From Candidatus Aminicenantes bacterium (GTDB taxonomy: Bacteria; Acidobacteriota; Aminicenantia; Aminicenantales; Saccharicenantaceae): 64,000 bases of DNA. Shown here piece after piece: positions 36,534 through 45,664 of this stretch. The position numbers were made by a program, and so were the translations under genes. The stretch lies in the NCBI GenBank assembly GCA_034679465.1, contig JAXDAV010000032.1, positions 59,247-123,246 of the forward strand. The letters run 5' to 3'. The notes below the pieces were generated by a model. It had not been told where the DNA came from and made no database searches. It was given only the letters and a program-made list of their open reading frames with translations. Each line of letters starts with the position of its first letter. Positions within the stretch are counted from its first letter, which is position 1.

Positions 36534-37646
36534 TTAGGCGATTTTTTTAAGTGTTTCGTCGATGCGCCCCAGGGCCCTCAGAAGATAGCCCTTCTCCGAG
36601 CCGTACCCGAAGCGCAGGTAGCCGTCCGTCTCGAAATGGTCGCCCGGGACGACGAGGACGCTCCTCTCCCGGATGAGGCGCTCGACGAGCTCGGTCGAAT
36701 TGGCCTCGAGGGCATACCCGGCGAAGCAAATGGCGCCCGCCTGGGGAGGCCGGAACTTGAACAGGCCTTCATGGTCGCCCAGCCACTTGGCCAGGACGGG
36801 GAAGTTGGCGTTCAGAATGCCGCGGGTCCGGCCGAGGACGCGCTCCCGGGTCCCCGGGGACAGGGCGATCGTGGCCAGCCTGTCGCTCAGGGCCGAGGGG
36901 GAGATGGTCGTGTAATCGTGATAGGGCCAAGTCCTCTTGACGATCTCTTTGGGGCCGACGATCCAGCCGACCCGCAGGCCCGGCAGTCCGTAGGCCTTGG
37001 ACAGGCCGTTGACGACGAGCGTCTTCTCCCACCGGCCCCAGAAGCTCGGGGTCGCGACCCCGGAGAGCTCGGCCCCCTGATAGACCTCGTCGGCCAGGAT
37101 CCAGGCGCCGGCCCGGGCGGCCAGATCGACGATGCCGGTCATGGATTCCGCGGAAAGGACCGAACCGGTCGGGTTGTTGGGATTGGTCAGGACGATGAGC
37201 TTGGTCTTCGGCGTGACCAGACGGCCCATCTCGTCGAGGTCGGGTTGCCAGCCCAGGCCCTCGCGGAGCCGGAAGGGCCTGACCTCGGCGCCGAAGGCCC
37301 GCAGCAGGCCGGCCATCTGCATGTAGTTCGGCAGCTCGAAGAGCACTTCGTCCCCGGGCTCGATGAGGCTCCACATGAGCAGGAAGTTCGCCTCCGACGA
37401 GCCGGCCGTGGCCAGGACCTGGTCCAGGCCGATGCCCGGGTAGAGACGGGCGATGCGCTCGCGGAGCGGGACCGTCCCGTTCGTCTGGGTGTAGCCGAGC
37501 TCGATCCCGGCGAGCTCGTCGATCTCGGCCGGAGTCAGGAGCTCCTTGAGGCTCAGGGGGTGGACGCCGCTCTCGGACAGGTTGTAGTCGACGACGTTCT
37601 CCCAGGTCGACTGCATGCGCTCCATCCTGAAGACGTCGATGTGCAT
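36534..37646 (-). CDS. pyridoxal phosphate-dependent aminotransferase, class I/II
   Basis: ...LTNPNNPTGSV... and the PLP-lysine region NGLSKAYGLPGLRVGW. Confidence 0.8.
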   Translation of the reverse strand: MHIDVFRMERMQSTWENVVDYNLSESGVHPLSLKELLTPAEIDELAGIELGYTQTNGTVPLRERIARLYPGIGLDQVLATAGSSEANFLLMWSLIEPGDEVLFELPNYMQMAGLLRAFGAEVRPFRLREGLGWQPDLDEMGRLVTPKTKLIVLTNPNNPTGSVLSAESMTGIVDLAARAGAWILADEVYQGAELSGVATPSFWGRWEKTLVVNGLSKAYGLPGLRVGWIVGPKEIVKRTWPYHDYTTISPSALSDRLATIALSPGTRERVLGRTRGILNANFPVLAKWLGDHEGLFKFRPPQAGAICFAGYALEANSTELVERLIRERSVLVVPGDHFETDGYLRFGYGSEKGYLLRALGRIDETLKKIA

Positions 37647-37668
37647 GGGGAAACCTCTCAGCGTGGAA

Positions 37669-38496
37669 TCAGATCTCGACTTTGAACACGCCCTTGAGGG
37701 CGAAGCCGAAGGCGATCGACAGGGCGAGGTAGGCGACGAGCCAGTGGACGCTCAGGCCGAAGGCCGAGAGGCTCTTGGCCGGATAGAGCACCTCGACGGT
37801 TCGGACGGGCGTCCCTTTGGGGAGGGGCGGCTCGCCCGGGTGGAGGAGCCTCTTCCAGAACGAGCCCCGGGAGGCCAGGGCCGAGACTTTGGTCAGGGTC
37901 CGGCCGCCCACGACGACCGACTTCTCGATCGCGAGCCCGCCCGTCCGCAGGAGAAGCTTGCCGTCGCCGGGAGCGAGGGCCTTGACCCGCCAGACGACCT
38001 CGCGCTCGTCGGGGACGCGGACGGCCGGCGCGGTGATCTCGAGGCCCGGCGGCGCTTCGAGCGCGAGGTCGAGCGTGACGGGGTCCGCGGTCCGTTCGAG
38101 ACCGGCCTTGACCAGCGTCTCCTCGCCCGGCCGGAGCGGGGCCCGGTCGAACCAGAGGCCGAGCTGGGCCAGGATGAGGACGAGCGGAACGATCATGACG
38201 GCCAGAGGCTTCAGATTGGCGGCCAGGTAGGCCAGATTGGCCCTGAGTACGGCCCCCTGGGCGGCCAGGGTGACGCGCATGTCGTCCTTGTAGAGGCGCA
38301 TCTCGTAGAGGTGAGCCTTGATCCGGTCCTTGGCCCGGCGGATGGCCGCCTGGTTCGAGGCGAGCTTGTAGACCTCGAGCATGAGCAGGGCCGTCAGGAG
38401 GGACACGGCCGCCATCCCGAACCAGGGCGAAAGGTCCCTGAACGGCAGAAGGACGAGGGCGACGGCCCGGCCGAAGACGAGGTTGACGATCGACAT
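37669..38496 (-). CDS. hypothetical membrane protein
   Basis: Several hydrophobic helices and no recognisable motif. 5-nt gap to the upstream RHH gene. Confidence 0.5.
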   Translation of the reverse strand: MSIVNLVFGRAVALVLLPFRDLSPWFGMAAVSLLTALLMLEVYKLASNQAAIRRAKDRIKAHLYEMRLYKDDMRVTLAAQGAVLRANLAYLAANLKPLAVMIVPLVLILAQLGLWFDRAPLRPGEETLVKAGLERTADPVTLDLALEAPPGLEITAPAVRVPDEREVVWRVKALAPGDGKLLLRTGGLAIEKSVVVGGRTLTKVSALASRGSFWKRLLHPGEPPLPKGTPVRTVEVLYPAKSLSAFGLSVHWLVAYLALSIAFGFALKGVFKVEI

Positions 38497-38501
38497 GGCG
38501 C

Positions 38502-38693
38502 TCAGCCGATGTAGCCCAGCCCCTTGAGCTTCTTCTTGATCTCCTCTTCCGAGTCCGCTTCCTCGATCTTGGCCACTTCCTTCTCGAGGCAGTGGCTGAC
38601 GAACTCCTCGACCGAAGAGTAGCCCGACAGCTCGGCGTATTTCTTGATCTTCCCGTACAGGGCCTTGTCGATGGCGACTTTCGCGCTGGCCAT
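38502..38693 (-). CDS. ribbon-helix-helix (CopG-like) small protein
   Basis: 63 aa (MASAKVAIDKALYGKIKKYAELSGYSSVEEFVSHCLEKEV...). Start at the internal ATG; the listed upstream extension is Arg-rich artefact. Confidence 0.45.
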   Translation of the reverse strand: MASAKVAIDKALYGKIKKYAELSGYSSVEEFVSHCLEKEVAKIEEADSEEEIKKKLKGLGYIG

Positions 38694-38713
38694 GGGGCTC
38701 TCCTTTCGACCCG

Positions 38714-40723
38714 TTATCCGAGGACGTTCCGGCCGGTCATGTCCCGGGGCTTTTCGACGCCGAAGACGCCGAGGACCGAGGCGGTCAGGTCCTCCAGGAC
38801 CGGGGCCTCGGCCGTGAACTTGCGGTTGGAGAAGGCGATGCCGGGCAGGACGTCCGGCGCGGACATGTGGTCGCCGCTCCACCTCTGGGTGTTGTTCTCG
38901 AGGACCTCCTGCGGGAAGCCGCCGAGAGGCGACTGCCACGAGATCCTGTAGCCGCGGTTGAAGCCGAGAATGATGTCAGGGGCCCGGTCCGCGTTCGCGC
39001 CCCTGTAGGCCTCTCTGGAGATGAACGCCTTGAGGATGGGGCGCTCTCCGGTCAGGGGGTCGGTCACGGCCTCGAGCTTCCGGGCGATCTCGCGGACGAG
39101 GTTGTCCTTGTCGGCGCCCGGGGCGACGATGCCCTCTCCCTCGCGCCCCTTCTCGTTGATGTAGAGGCTGTTGAGCCCGACGCCGTAGGCCCGGGACCTG
39201 GCCCAGTCGGAGTTGTCGAAGAGGGCCGACTCCTCCTGTTTCCAGGGCCTCTTCAGCCGGTGATAGCCCTCCCGGAGGAGCCAGGTATTGAGATTGAAGC
39301 CGCGGCGGAACGTGGCGAAGCCGTGGTCGGACATGGCCAGGACGACGGTGTCCTTGTCCGCCTTCCTCAGCGCCGCGTCGAGGGCCCGGTCCATCTCGCC
39401 GTATGTCCTGGCGATGACGTCGCCGAAGCGGGCGGCGAGCTTCTCGTCGTAGGCGGGGTGCCCGGGGTCGGTCAAGCGCCAGAACATGTGCTGGCGCTGG
39501 TCGGCGTTGGAGAAATAGAAGAACAGGAGGCCCTCGTCGAACCGGCCCAGCTCGTACTCGAGCATGGCCAGGCTCTCCTCATAGACCTTGTTGTCGAGCT
39601 CGAGGAACTCGGCCTCGTCGAGGATGCCGTTGTCGAGGGCGCTGGTGTCGGCGGGCAGGCCCTTGGTGAAGTAGGGCCCGAAGCGCTTCTCCAGCTCCCG
39701 GGCGTACGACTCCGGGGTGGAGAGGGGTAGGGCCGGCCGGGCCGGATCGATGTGGATGGGGGAGACGTAGAGCTTGAACTTCGGCCGGACCTCCTTGAGA
39801 TAAAAAAGGCACATGCCGTGGACGTTTTGGGTAGGAATGAGGGTGAAGCGGAGCCGGACCCAGCCGCTCCACTCCTTTTCCTTGAGCACGAATTCGTTCC
39901 CCTGGATTCGGATCTTGGCCGCCGCGTTCGAAGGGTCGATGAAGATCTGGAAGGGGATGGTGGTGTCCGGCCTGTCCGTTTTGAGGCTGTTGACGGGTCC
40001 GGGAAGCTCGGCCTCGACTCTGTTGCCGACGACATAGACGTCGTGGACCTCTCCGCCTCCCCCCGCTTCTTGGACCAGGCTCGGCGGATCGTCCGTGTAA
40101 TAGCGGAACCATCCGTATGTGCCCCTGATGTCGGGCGTGTTCATCCCGGCGAGCGTCCTCTGCTTCGTTTCCGCGGGCGGATAGTTGGTGGGCATCTTGA
40201 AGACCGTCGACGGCACGCCGGCGTCCTCGAGGATCTGCCAGAACGTTTTCCCCTTGCGCAGGCTCCGCACCCGTCCGCTCGAAAGCGGGATGAGGGTTTT
40301 GCCGAGCCGGACGGTCTTCCCGGCGCCCAAGGTCTCAGTCGAGGAGAAGACGGGGATGTACGTTTTCGGGTCGCGGTGGATGAAATCGAAGATGCCGTGA
40401 CCGCCGGGGCCCATGCCGGTGATGAAGTTCGACCAGGCCACGGGCGTTTGGGGCGGGAGGCTCGTGCCGAGCGGCCGGAAATCGCCGCCCTGGCGGAGGA
40501 GCTTGGCGAAAGCCGGGAGACGCCCTTCATCGATCCAGCGGCGGGTCAGGACCGGATCGAGGCCGTCGAGGCCGAGGACGATCATCCTGGTCGTCGTCCG
40601 GGCCTTGCCGTAAGCCTTGGGAACGAGGCGTGGGGCCCCGCCCAGGCCCAGCGCGGCCGAAGCCGCCACGCCCGCCTTGAGGAACTCCCGGCGGCTGAGG
40701 GCCGTCCGCTTGTGATCGCTCAT
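38714..40723 (-). CDS. alkaline phosphatase superfamily protein (type I phosphodiesterase/nucleotide pyrophosphatase-like), Tat-signal paralog A
   Basis: Tat signal LSRREFLKAGVAASAALGLGG. Core motifs VLGLDGLDP (N-terminal metal site) and AMSDHGF. Start at ATG 40723, which overlaps the paralog B stop (ATGA). Confidence 0.7.
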   Translation of the reverse strand: MSDHKRTALSRREFLKAGVAASAALGLGGAPRLVPKAYGKARTTTRMIVLGLDGLDPVLTRRWIDEGRLPAFAKLLRQGGDFRPLGTSLPPQTPVAWSNFITGMGPGGHGIFDFIHRDPKTYIPVFSSTETLGAGKTVRLGKTLIPLSSGRVRSLRKGKTFWQILEDAGVPSTVFKMPTNYPPAETKQRTLAGMNTPDIRGTYGWFRYYTDDPPSLVQEAGGGGEVHDVYVVGNRVEAELPGPVNSLKTDRPDTTIPFQIFIDPSNAAAKIRIQGNEFVLKEKEWSGWVRLRFTLIPTQNVHGMCLFYLKEVRPKFKLYVSPIHIDPARPALPLSTPESYARELEKRFGPYFTKGLPADTSALDNGILDEAEFLELDNKVYEESLAMLEYELGRFDEGLLFFYFSNADQRQHMFWRLTDPGHPAYDEKLAARFGDVIARTYGEMDRALDAALRKADKDTVVLAMSDHGFATFRRGFNLNTWLLREGYHRLKRPWKQEESALFDNSDWARSRAYGVGLNSLYINEKGREGEGIVAPGADKDNLVREIARKLEAVTDPLTGERPILKAFISREAYRGANADRAPDIILGFNRGYRISWQSPLGGFPQEVLENNTQRWSGDHMSAPDVLPGIAFSNRKFTAEAPVLEDLTASVLGVFGVEKPRDMTGRNVLG

Positions 40724-42846
40724 GACTCTTTCCCCTGTCGCATTCCGGCCAGCGCGGCGACGTCGACCAGGCCTTGCCCGTCCATGTGGGCCGGCGGCGC
40801 GATCCCGAAGAGCTCGAGGACCGTCGGGGCGAGGTCCATGATCGACGGCTCGGTCCGCGCGAGCCTGAGGCTGGAGAAGAGGACCCCGGGCACGAGCGCG
40901 GGATCGATGCAATGATCGCCGCTCCAGGCTTTGGTGTTGTCCTCGATGACGGTGTCGTCGACGATGCCCGTGACCCCGTCCCAGGAGGCCCGATAGCCCT
41001 CGTTGTAGCCGATGAGGAGGTCCGGGGCGTTGTCCTTGTAGGGGCCGGCGTAGATGGCTTCGCGGTCGTAGACGCGCGTGATCGCGGCCGGGCCGTTCGG
41101 CCCGTCCCTGAGGGCGGCGAGCTTCGACGCCAGCTCGGCCTTGAGCGCCGCCGCCTCGTTTCCCGGTTCGACCGTCCCCCGGGCCTCGCGGCCCCTGAGA
41201 TTGAGATAGACGCCGCCGAGGCCGAGGCCGTAGGCCTTCGTCCGGTCCCAATCGACGTCCTTGAACCACTCGCCGCTGTCGGTCTGGCCCGCGGCCAGGG
41301 CCAGGTAGCCGTTCCGGTGGAGCCACGAATTGAGGTTGACGCCCCGCCGGAAGGACTTGAAGCCGTGGTCGGACATGACGAAGAGGACGTCCTTGGGGCC
41401 GAGGTCCGCGGCGACCCGGCCGACGAGGCCGTCCATTCTTTTATAGAGGTCCTCGATGACGGCCGCGCTCAGCCGGGCCGGGGCCGCCTCGAGGGCCGGG
41501 TGGGACTTGTCGAGATAGCGGAAGAACATGTGCTGGACGCTGTCGGTCGTCTCGAAGACGATCGCGACCAGGCCGCGCGGCGTCCTGGCCAGGGCGTTCC
41601 CGAGCAGGGCCTCCCATTCGGCGTGGTTCGCGTAGGTCAGCTCGAGGAAGGCCTTTTCGTCGAGCGCCCCTTCGTTGAGGGCCCAGGTGTCGTTGGCCTC
41701 GCCGAGGGTGGTGAAGCGGCCGAGGAGCTTGGCCAGATAGACGGAGTAGATGAAGGGATGCGAGATCGGCAGGGCGGGCCTCTCCGGATCGATGTTGAGA
41801 GGCGTCACGTACATCTCGAACCGGGGCTCGAGCGCGGCGATGCGGAAGCGGCAGGCGCCCCGGACCTTCGTGCCCAGGCCGGCCTTGAAAGCGACCGGGG
41901 TCCAGGGGCTGAAGGTCCTCTCTTTCAGGAAGAACTCCTTCGACCCCTGGATTCGGAGCCGGGCCCCGCCCTTGTCCTTGTCGATGGTGATCGTCAGGGG
42001 CAGGAGGATCTCGGCGGGCTTCTTGAGCAGGGAGTTCTCGGGGCCGGAGATGGCGGTCTTGATGACCGACCCTTCCCGGCGGACGAGGACGGCGACGCCG
42101 CCTTCGTGCTTGCGGACCTTCTCGGCGTCCTCGGTGAAGAGCGCGAACGTCCCCTGACTGCCCTTGAGGTCCGGGGCGCACATGCCGGACAGAAGGCGCC
42201 CCTTGAATCTTTCGGGCGGGAAGGTGATCGGCACCCTCAGGACGGTCGAAGCGATCCCCTTGTCGCCGAGGATCTTCCAGAACGGGACGCTCTTCCGCAG
42301 GCCGCGGATCTCGGGCTTGGAGAGCGGGACGACGTACCTGCCCAGGGTGAGCGTCCGCTTCGGCCTGCCGATGCGGGCCGAGGACAGGTCGGGGAGGTAG
42401 GTCCGGGGGTCGCGGCTGAGGAAATCGAAGATATTGTGCTTGGACGGCTCGGCGCCGGTCATGAACGACGACCAGGCCACGGGCGAGATGGCCGGCGTCG
42501 TCGTCCGCAGACGGGAGTAGGTCCCTTCCTTTTTGAGCCGGGCCAGGTTCGGCAGCTTCCCCTCGGCCATGAACCTCTCCGCGAGCGTCGGCTCGAGGCC
42601 GTCGAGGCCGAGGACGACGAGCCGATCGACCGGGCTCGTCCGGTAGGCCCGTCGTCCCCGGATCGCCTTCCAGGCGAACCGGAAGGGCCAGGACAGGAAT
42701 GAGAACAAGGCCAGCAGCAGGGTCAGGAAGAGGATGAGGAAGGAGGACAGGAAGGCGAACCCGGCCCCGGGGCCGATATAGCCCAGCAGGGGGGAGGCCA
42801 GGGCCAGTCCGAGGGTCGCCGCGACGAGGAGGCCCGATTTCTTCAT
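40720..42846 (-). CDS. alkaline phosphatase superfamily protein, membrane-anchored paralog B
   Basis: Two N-terminal TM helices, then VLGLDGLEP...VMSDHGF. Clear paralogy with A across the full length. Confidence 0.7.
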   Translation of the reverse strand: MKKSGLLVAATLGLALASPLLGYIGPGAGFAFLSSFLILFLTLLLALFSFLSWPFRFAWKAIRGRRAYRTSPVDRLVVLGLDGLEPTLAERFMAEGKLPNLARLKKEGTYSRLRTTTPAISPVAWSSFMTGAEPSKHNIFDFLSRDPRTYLPDLSSARIGRPKRTLTLGRYVVPLSKPEIRGLRKSVPFWKILGDKGIASTVLRVPITFPPERFKGRLLSGMCAPDLKGSQGTFALFTEDAEKVRKHEGGVAVLVRREGSVIKTAISGPENSLLKKPAEILLPLTITIDKDKGGARLRIQGSKEFFLKERTFSPWTPVAFKAGLGTKVRGACRFRIAALEPRFEMYVTPLNIDPERPALPISHPFIYSVYLAKLLGRFTTLGEANDTWALNEGALDEKAFLELTYANHAEWEALLGNALARTPRGLVAIVFETTDSVQHMFFRYLDKSHPALEAAPARLSAAVIEDLYKRMDGLVGRVAADLGPKDVLFVMSDHGFKSFRRGVNLNSWLHRNGYLALAAGQTDSGEWFKDVDWDRTKAYGLGLGGVYLNLRGREARGTVEPGNEAAALKAELASKLAALRDGPNGPAAITRVYDREAIYAGPYKDNAPDLLIGYNEGYRASWDGVTGIVDDTVIEDNTKAWSGDHCIDPALVPGVLFSSLRLARTEPSIMDLAPTVLELFGIAPPAHMDGQGLVDVAALAGMRQGKES

Positions 42847-44138
42847 CAGAAATTCTTGAGGATGAGGGGGGCGACGTCGGCGATCTGGAGCGAGTCGCCG
42901 TGGTCCTCCGCGGCCCAGAAGAAGGCGTCGTCCCAGGTGTGCATGCCCTGGAGACCGGGCCGGCCGAAGACGTCTTTTCGCCTCACCGAGCCCTTCATGT
43001 CGAACCCGGGCTCGCCGACGACGATGAGGTCAGGGCCCTTGGCCGCGTGCGGGCCCGAGTAGACCTCCTCGGCGAAAAAGACCTTGCGGACGACCCGGCG
43101 GCCGCCGTAGTGGAGCTTGGCCAGCTTGCCGGCGATCTCCTCCTTGAGGGCCTTGCGGGCCGACCGTTCGACCGAGCCCTTGGGGAACCTGTTCTTGGCG
43201 TTGAGGTAGATCCGATTGGGATCGAGCGCGAAGGCGCGGGTGCGGCCGTGGATGTCCTCGAGCGATTCGGGCTCGGGTTTGAGGAACTTCAGATAGCCGT
43301 TCTTCTCCAGCCAGGCGTTGAGGTAGACCTCCGCGTCCGTGCCGGTGGAGCCGTGATCGGACAGGATGTAGAAGCCGGCGTAGGTGTTGGCGATCTTGTG
43401 GTAGGCGGCGACGATCTTGCCGATGAGGCGGTCGATGTGCCGGTAAAAGTCGAGAAAGCCCTGGTGGAAGGGATGGGCCGGGTCCTCGTAGGCCCGCCAG
43501 AGGAAATGGTGGAGGCGGTCGGTCCCGGTGACGACGAACTCGAAGTAATCCCAGCCTTCCTCCCAGAAGAAGTTCAGCGCTTTCTGGCCTCCGGCCATGG
43601 TCTTGCTGAGCTCCAGCCAGAGGACCTCGGGCCTTTCCCGGCACTTGAGGATGTCGACGTCGATCTGGTAGCCCATCTGCTCGAGGACGGCCCGGTAGGA
43701 CATCGGCCAGACCGCCTTGGCCAGCTCCAGGGCGACGAAGCCGGAGATGAGGGCCCCGTCGACCTTGCGGGCGGGGTAGGTCGAAGGCTGGTTGATGATG
43801 ATGCTCTTTTTCCCCTTGGCCCCGAGCCGGTCCCAGATGGTCGGGGCCTTGACGTCGAGGAAGTTGGGGAAACGGACGGCGTAGGACTTGGCCTTGAAGT
43901 CGGTGAAGCCGAAGATGCCGTGGGTCCCGGCGTTCGTCCCGGTCATGAAGTCGGTCCAGGACACCGAGGAGACCTCGGGCAGGCTGGCCCTCATCTTGTG
44001 GATCTTGCCGATATCCATGAGCCGGGCCATGGTCGACATGACCCCGCGCTGGGCCAGCTCGACGATCATCCCGTAAGGAACGCCGTCAAGGCCGATGACG
44101 CAGGCGCGATTGGTCTTTTTGGGCTTGGGGACGGCCAT
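42846..44138 (-). CDS. alkaline phosphatase superfamily protein, short cytoplasmic paralog C
   Basis: No signal peptide. VIGLDGVPY...ILSDHGS core only. Start at the ATG encoding MAVPKPKK. The TGATG stop/start overlaps paralog B. Confidence 0.65.
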   Translation of the reverse strand: MAVPKPKKTNRACVIGLDGVPYGMIVELAQRGVMSTMARLMDIGKIHKMRASLPEVSSVSWTDFMTGTNAGTHGIFGFTDFKAKSYAVRFPNFLDVKAPTIWDRLGAKGKKSIIINQPSTYPARKVDGALISGFVALELAKAVWPMSYRAVLEQMGYQIDVDILKCRERPEVLWLELSKTMAGGQKALNFFWEEGWDYFEFVVTGTDRLHHFLWRAYEDPAHPFHQGFLDFYRHIDRLIGKIVAAYHKIANTYAGFYILSDHGSTGTDAEVYLNAWLEKNGYLKFLKPEPESLEDIHGRTRAFALDPNRIYLNAKNRFPKGSVERSARKALKEEIAGKLAKLHYGGRRVVRKVFFAEEVYSGPHAAKGPDLIVVGEPGFDMKGSVRRKDVFGRPGLQGMHTWDDAFFWAAEDHGDSLQIADVAPLILKNF

Positions 44139-44256
44139 GACAGCTCGTTTCCTTCCAGAACTGACTATTTTACCGCAAGATACGGGCCCGGTCAAACGAC
44201 CCATTGACTTCGGCCGGCCGCAGGCGTTAAATGGGGGCTAAAAAAAAGAGGTCACC

Positions 44257-45657
44257 ATGACAGGATCCGAAAGGCTCCGCGGCCGTCTGGTCCGCGAATA
44301 CGAGAAAAAGACCGTCCGCAGCCGGGCGATGTTCCGGCGGGCCGGGAAGGTCATGATCGCCGGGGGGAGCCACACCATCCGGCTCTGGCGCCCGCACCCC
44401 TTTTTCGCCGTCTCGGCGGACGGCCCGATCGTCCGGGACGTCGACGGCAACGCCTACATCGACTATTGGCAGGGTCACTACGCCAACGTCCTCGGCCACA
44501 ACCCCCGGCTCATCCGCAGCCGGATCGCGCCCTCGCTCGAGCGCGGCGCCCTGCACACCGGATTCGAGGCCGCCCATCAGATCGAGCTGGCCGAGGCGCT
44601 CATCCGCGGTCTCGGCGGCCGCGACGCCAAGGTCCGCTTCACCACCTCGGGCACCCTGGCCACCATGTACGCGATCATGATGGCCCAGGGGCTGACGGGC
44701 CGGGACCACGTCCTCAAGGTCGGGGGCGGCTGGCACGGCGCTTCCCCCTACCTGCTGAAGGGCGTCAAGCATCACGGCCCGGACGGCTTTGAGGGCCGGG
44801 AATCGGCCGGGGTCCTCGAAGACATCTTCCGGAGGACGCTCATCACCCGGTTCAACGACGTCGCCGACCTCGAGCGGGTCATCGGCGAGCACGGGGACCG
44901 CATCGCCTGCTTCATCGTCGAGCCCTTCCTCGGCGTCGGCGGCTTTCTCGCGGCCTCGAAGGCCTATCTCGAGACTGCCCGCCGCCTGACGGCCCGGCGC
45001 GGCATCCTTCTCATCCTGGACGAGATCATCTCGGGGTACCGCTTCTGCCCGGGCGGGGTCCAGGGGCTCTACGGCGTCCGGCCGGACCTGACGACGGTCG
45101 GCAAGGTCATCGGCGGCGGCCACGCCGTGGCCGCGGTGGTCGGGCCGCGCGAGATCATGGAGGAGTGCGAGCGCGGCCGCGGCGGCGGCACGCGCGTCTA
45201 TTTCGAGGGCGGGACGTTCTCGGCCCACGCCGAGTACATGAAGGCCGGGCTGATCATGCTCGGCCATCTCGCCGGCCACGCCGCGACGGTCTATCCGAAG
45301 CTGGCCCGCGCCGGCGAGCGGCTGCGCCGCGGGATCGAGCGCGTCTTCGCCGAGGCCGGCATCGAGGCCCGCTGCACCGGCGACGGGAACGAGGTCGTCC
45401 CCGGCAGCTCGCTCTTCATGGTCCATTTCCCGCGGCGCCCCGGGACGGCCTACGACCGTCCCGAGGACATCCATGACGCCGAACGGTCGAACCTGGCCCT
45501 ACGGGAGGACCTGTTGAAGCTGGCCCTGCTCGTCAACGGCGTCAACGTCGTCCACGGCGGCGGCGCGGTCTCCGCGGCCCACGGGCCGAAGGAGATCGAG
45601 GCGACGATCGCCGCCTACGGGGAAGCGGCCCGGCTGTTCGGCCGCTACCTGGACTGA
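44257..45657 (+). CDS. class III aminotransferase (glutamate-1-semialdehyde aminomutase-like)
   Basis: HemL-like ...DVDGNAYIDYWQGHYANVLGHN... and the PLP-Lys region TTVGKVIGGG. Confidence 0.75.
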   Translation: MTGSERLRGRLVREYEKKTVRSRAMFRRAGKVMIAGGSHTIRLWRPHPFFAVSADGPIVRDVDGNAYIDYWQGHYANVLGHNPRLIRSRIAPSLERGALHTGFEAAHQIELAEALIRGLGGRDAKVRFTTSGTLATMYAIMMAQGLTGRDHVLKVGGGWHGASPYLLKGVKHHGPDGFEGRESAGVLEDIFRRTLITRFNDVADLERVIGEHGDRIACFIVEPFLGVGGFLAASKAYLETARRLTARRGILLILDEIISGYRFCPGGVQGLYGVRPDLTTVGKVIGGGHAVAAVVGPREIMEECERGRGGGTRVYFEGGTFSAHAEYMKAGLIMLGHLAGHAATVYPKLARAGERLRRGIERVFAEAGIEARCTGDGNEVVPGSSLFMVHFPRRPGTAYDRPEDIHDAERSNLALREDLLKLALLVNGVNVVHGGGAVSAAHGPKEIEATIAAYGEAARLFGRYLD

Positions 45658-45664
45658 CGCTTAT

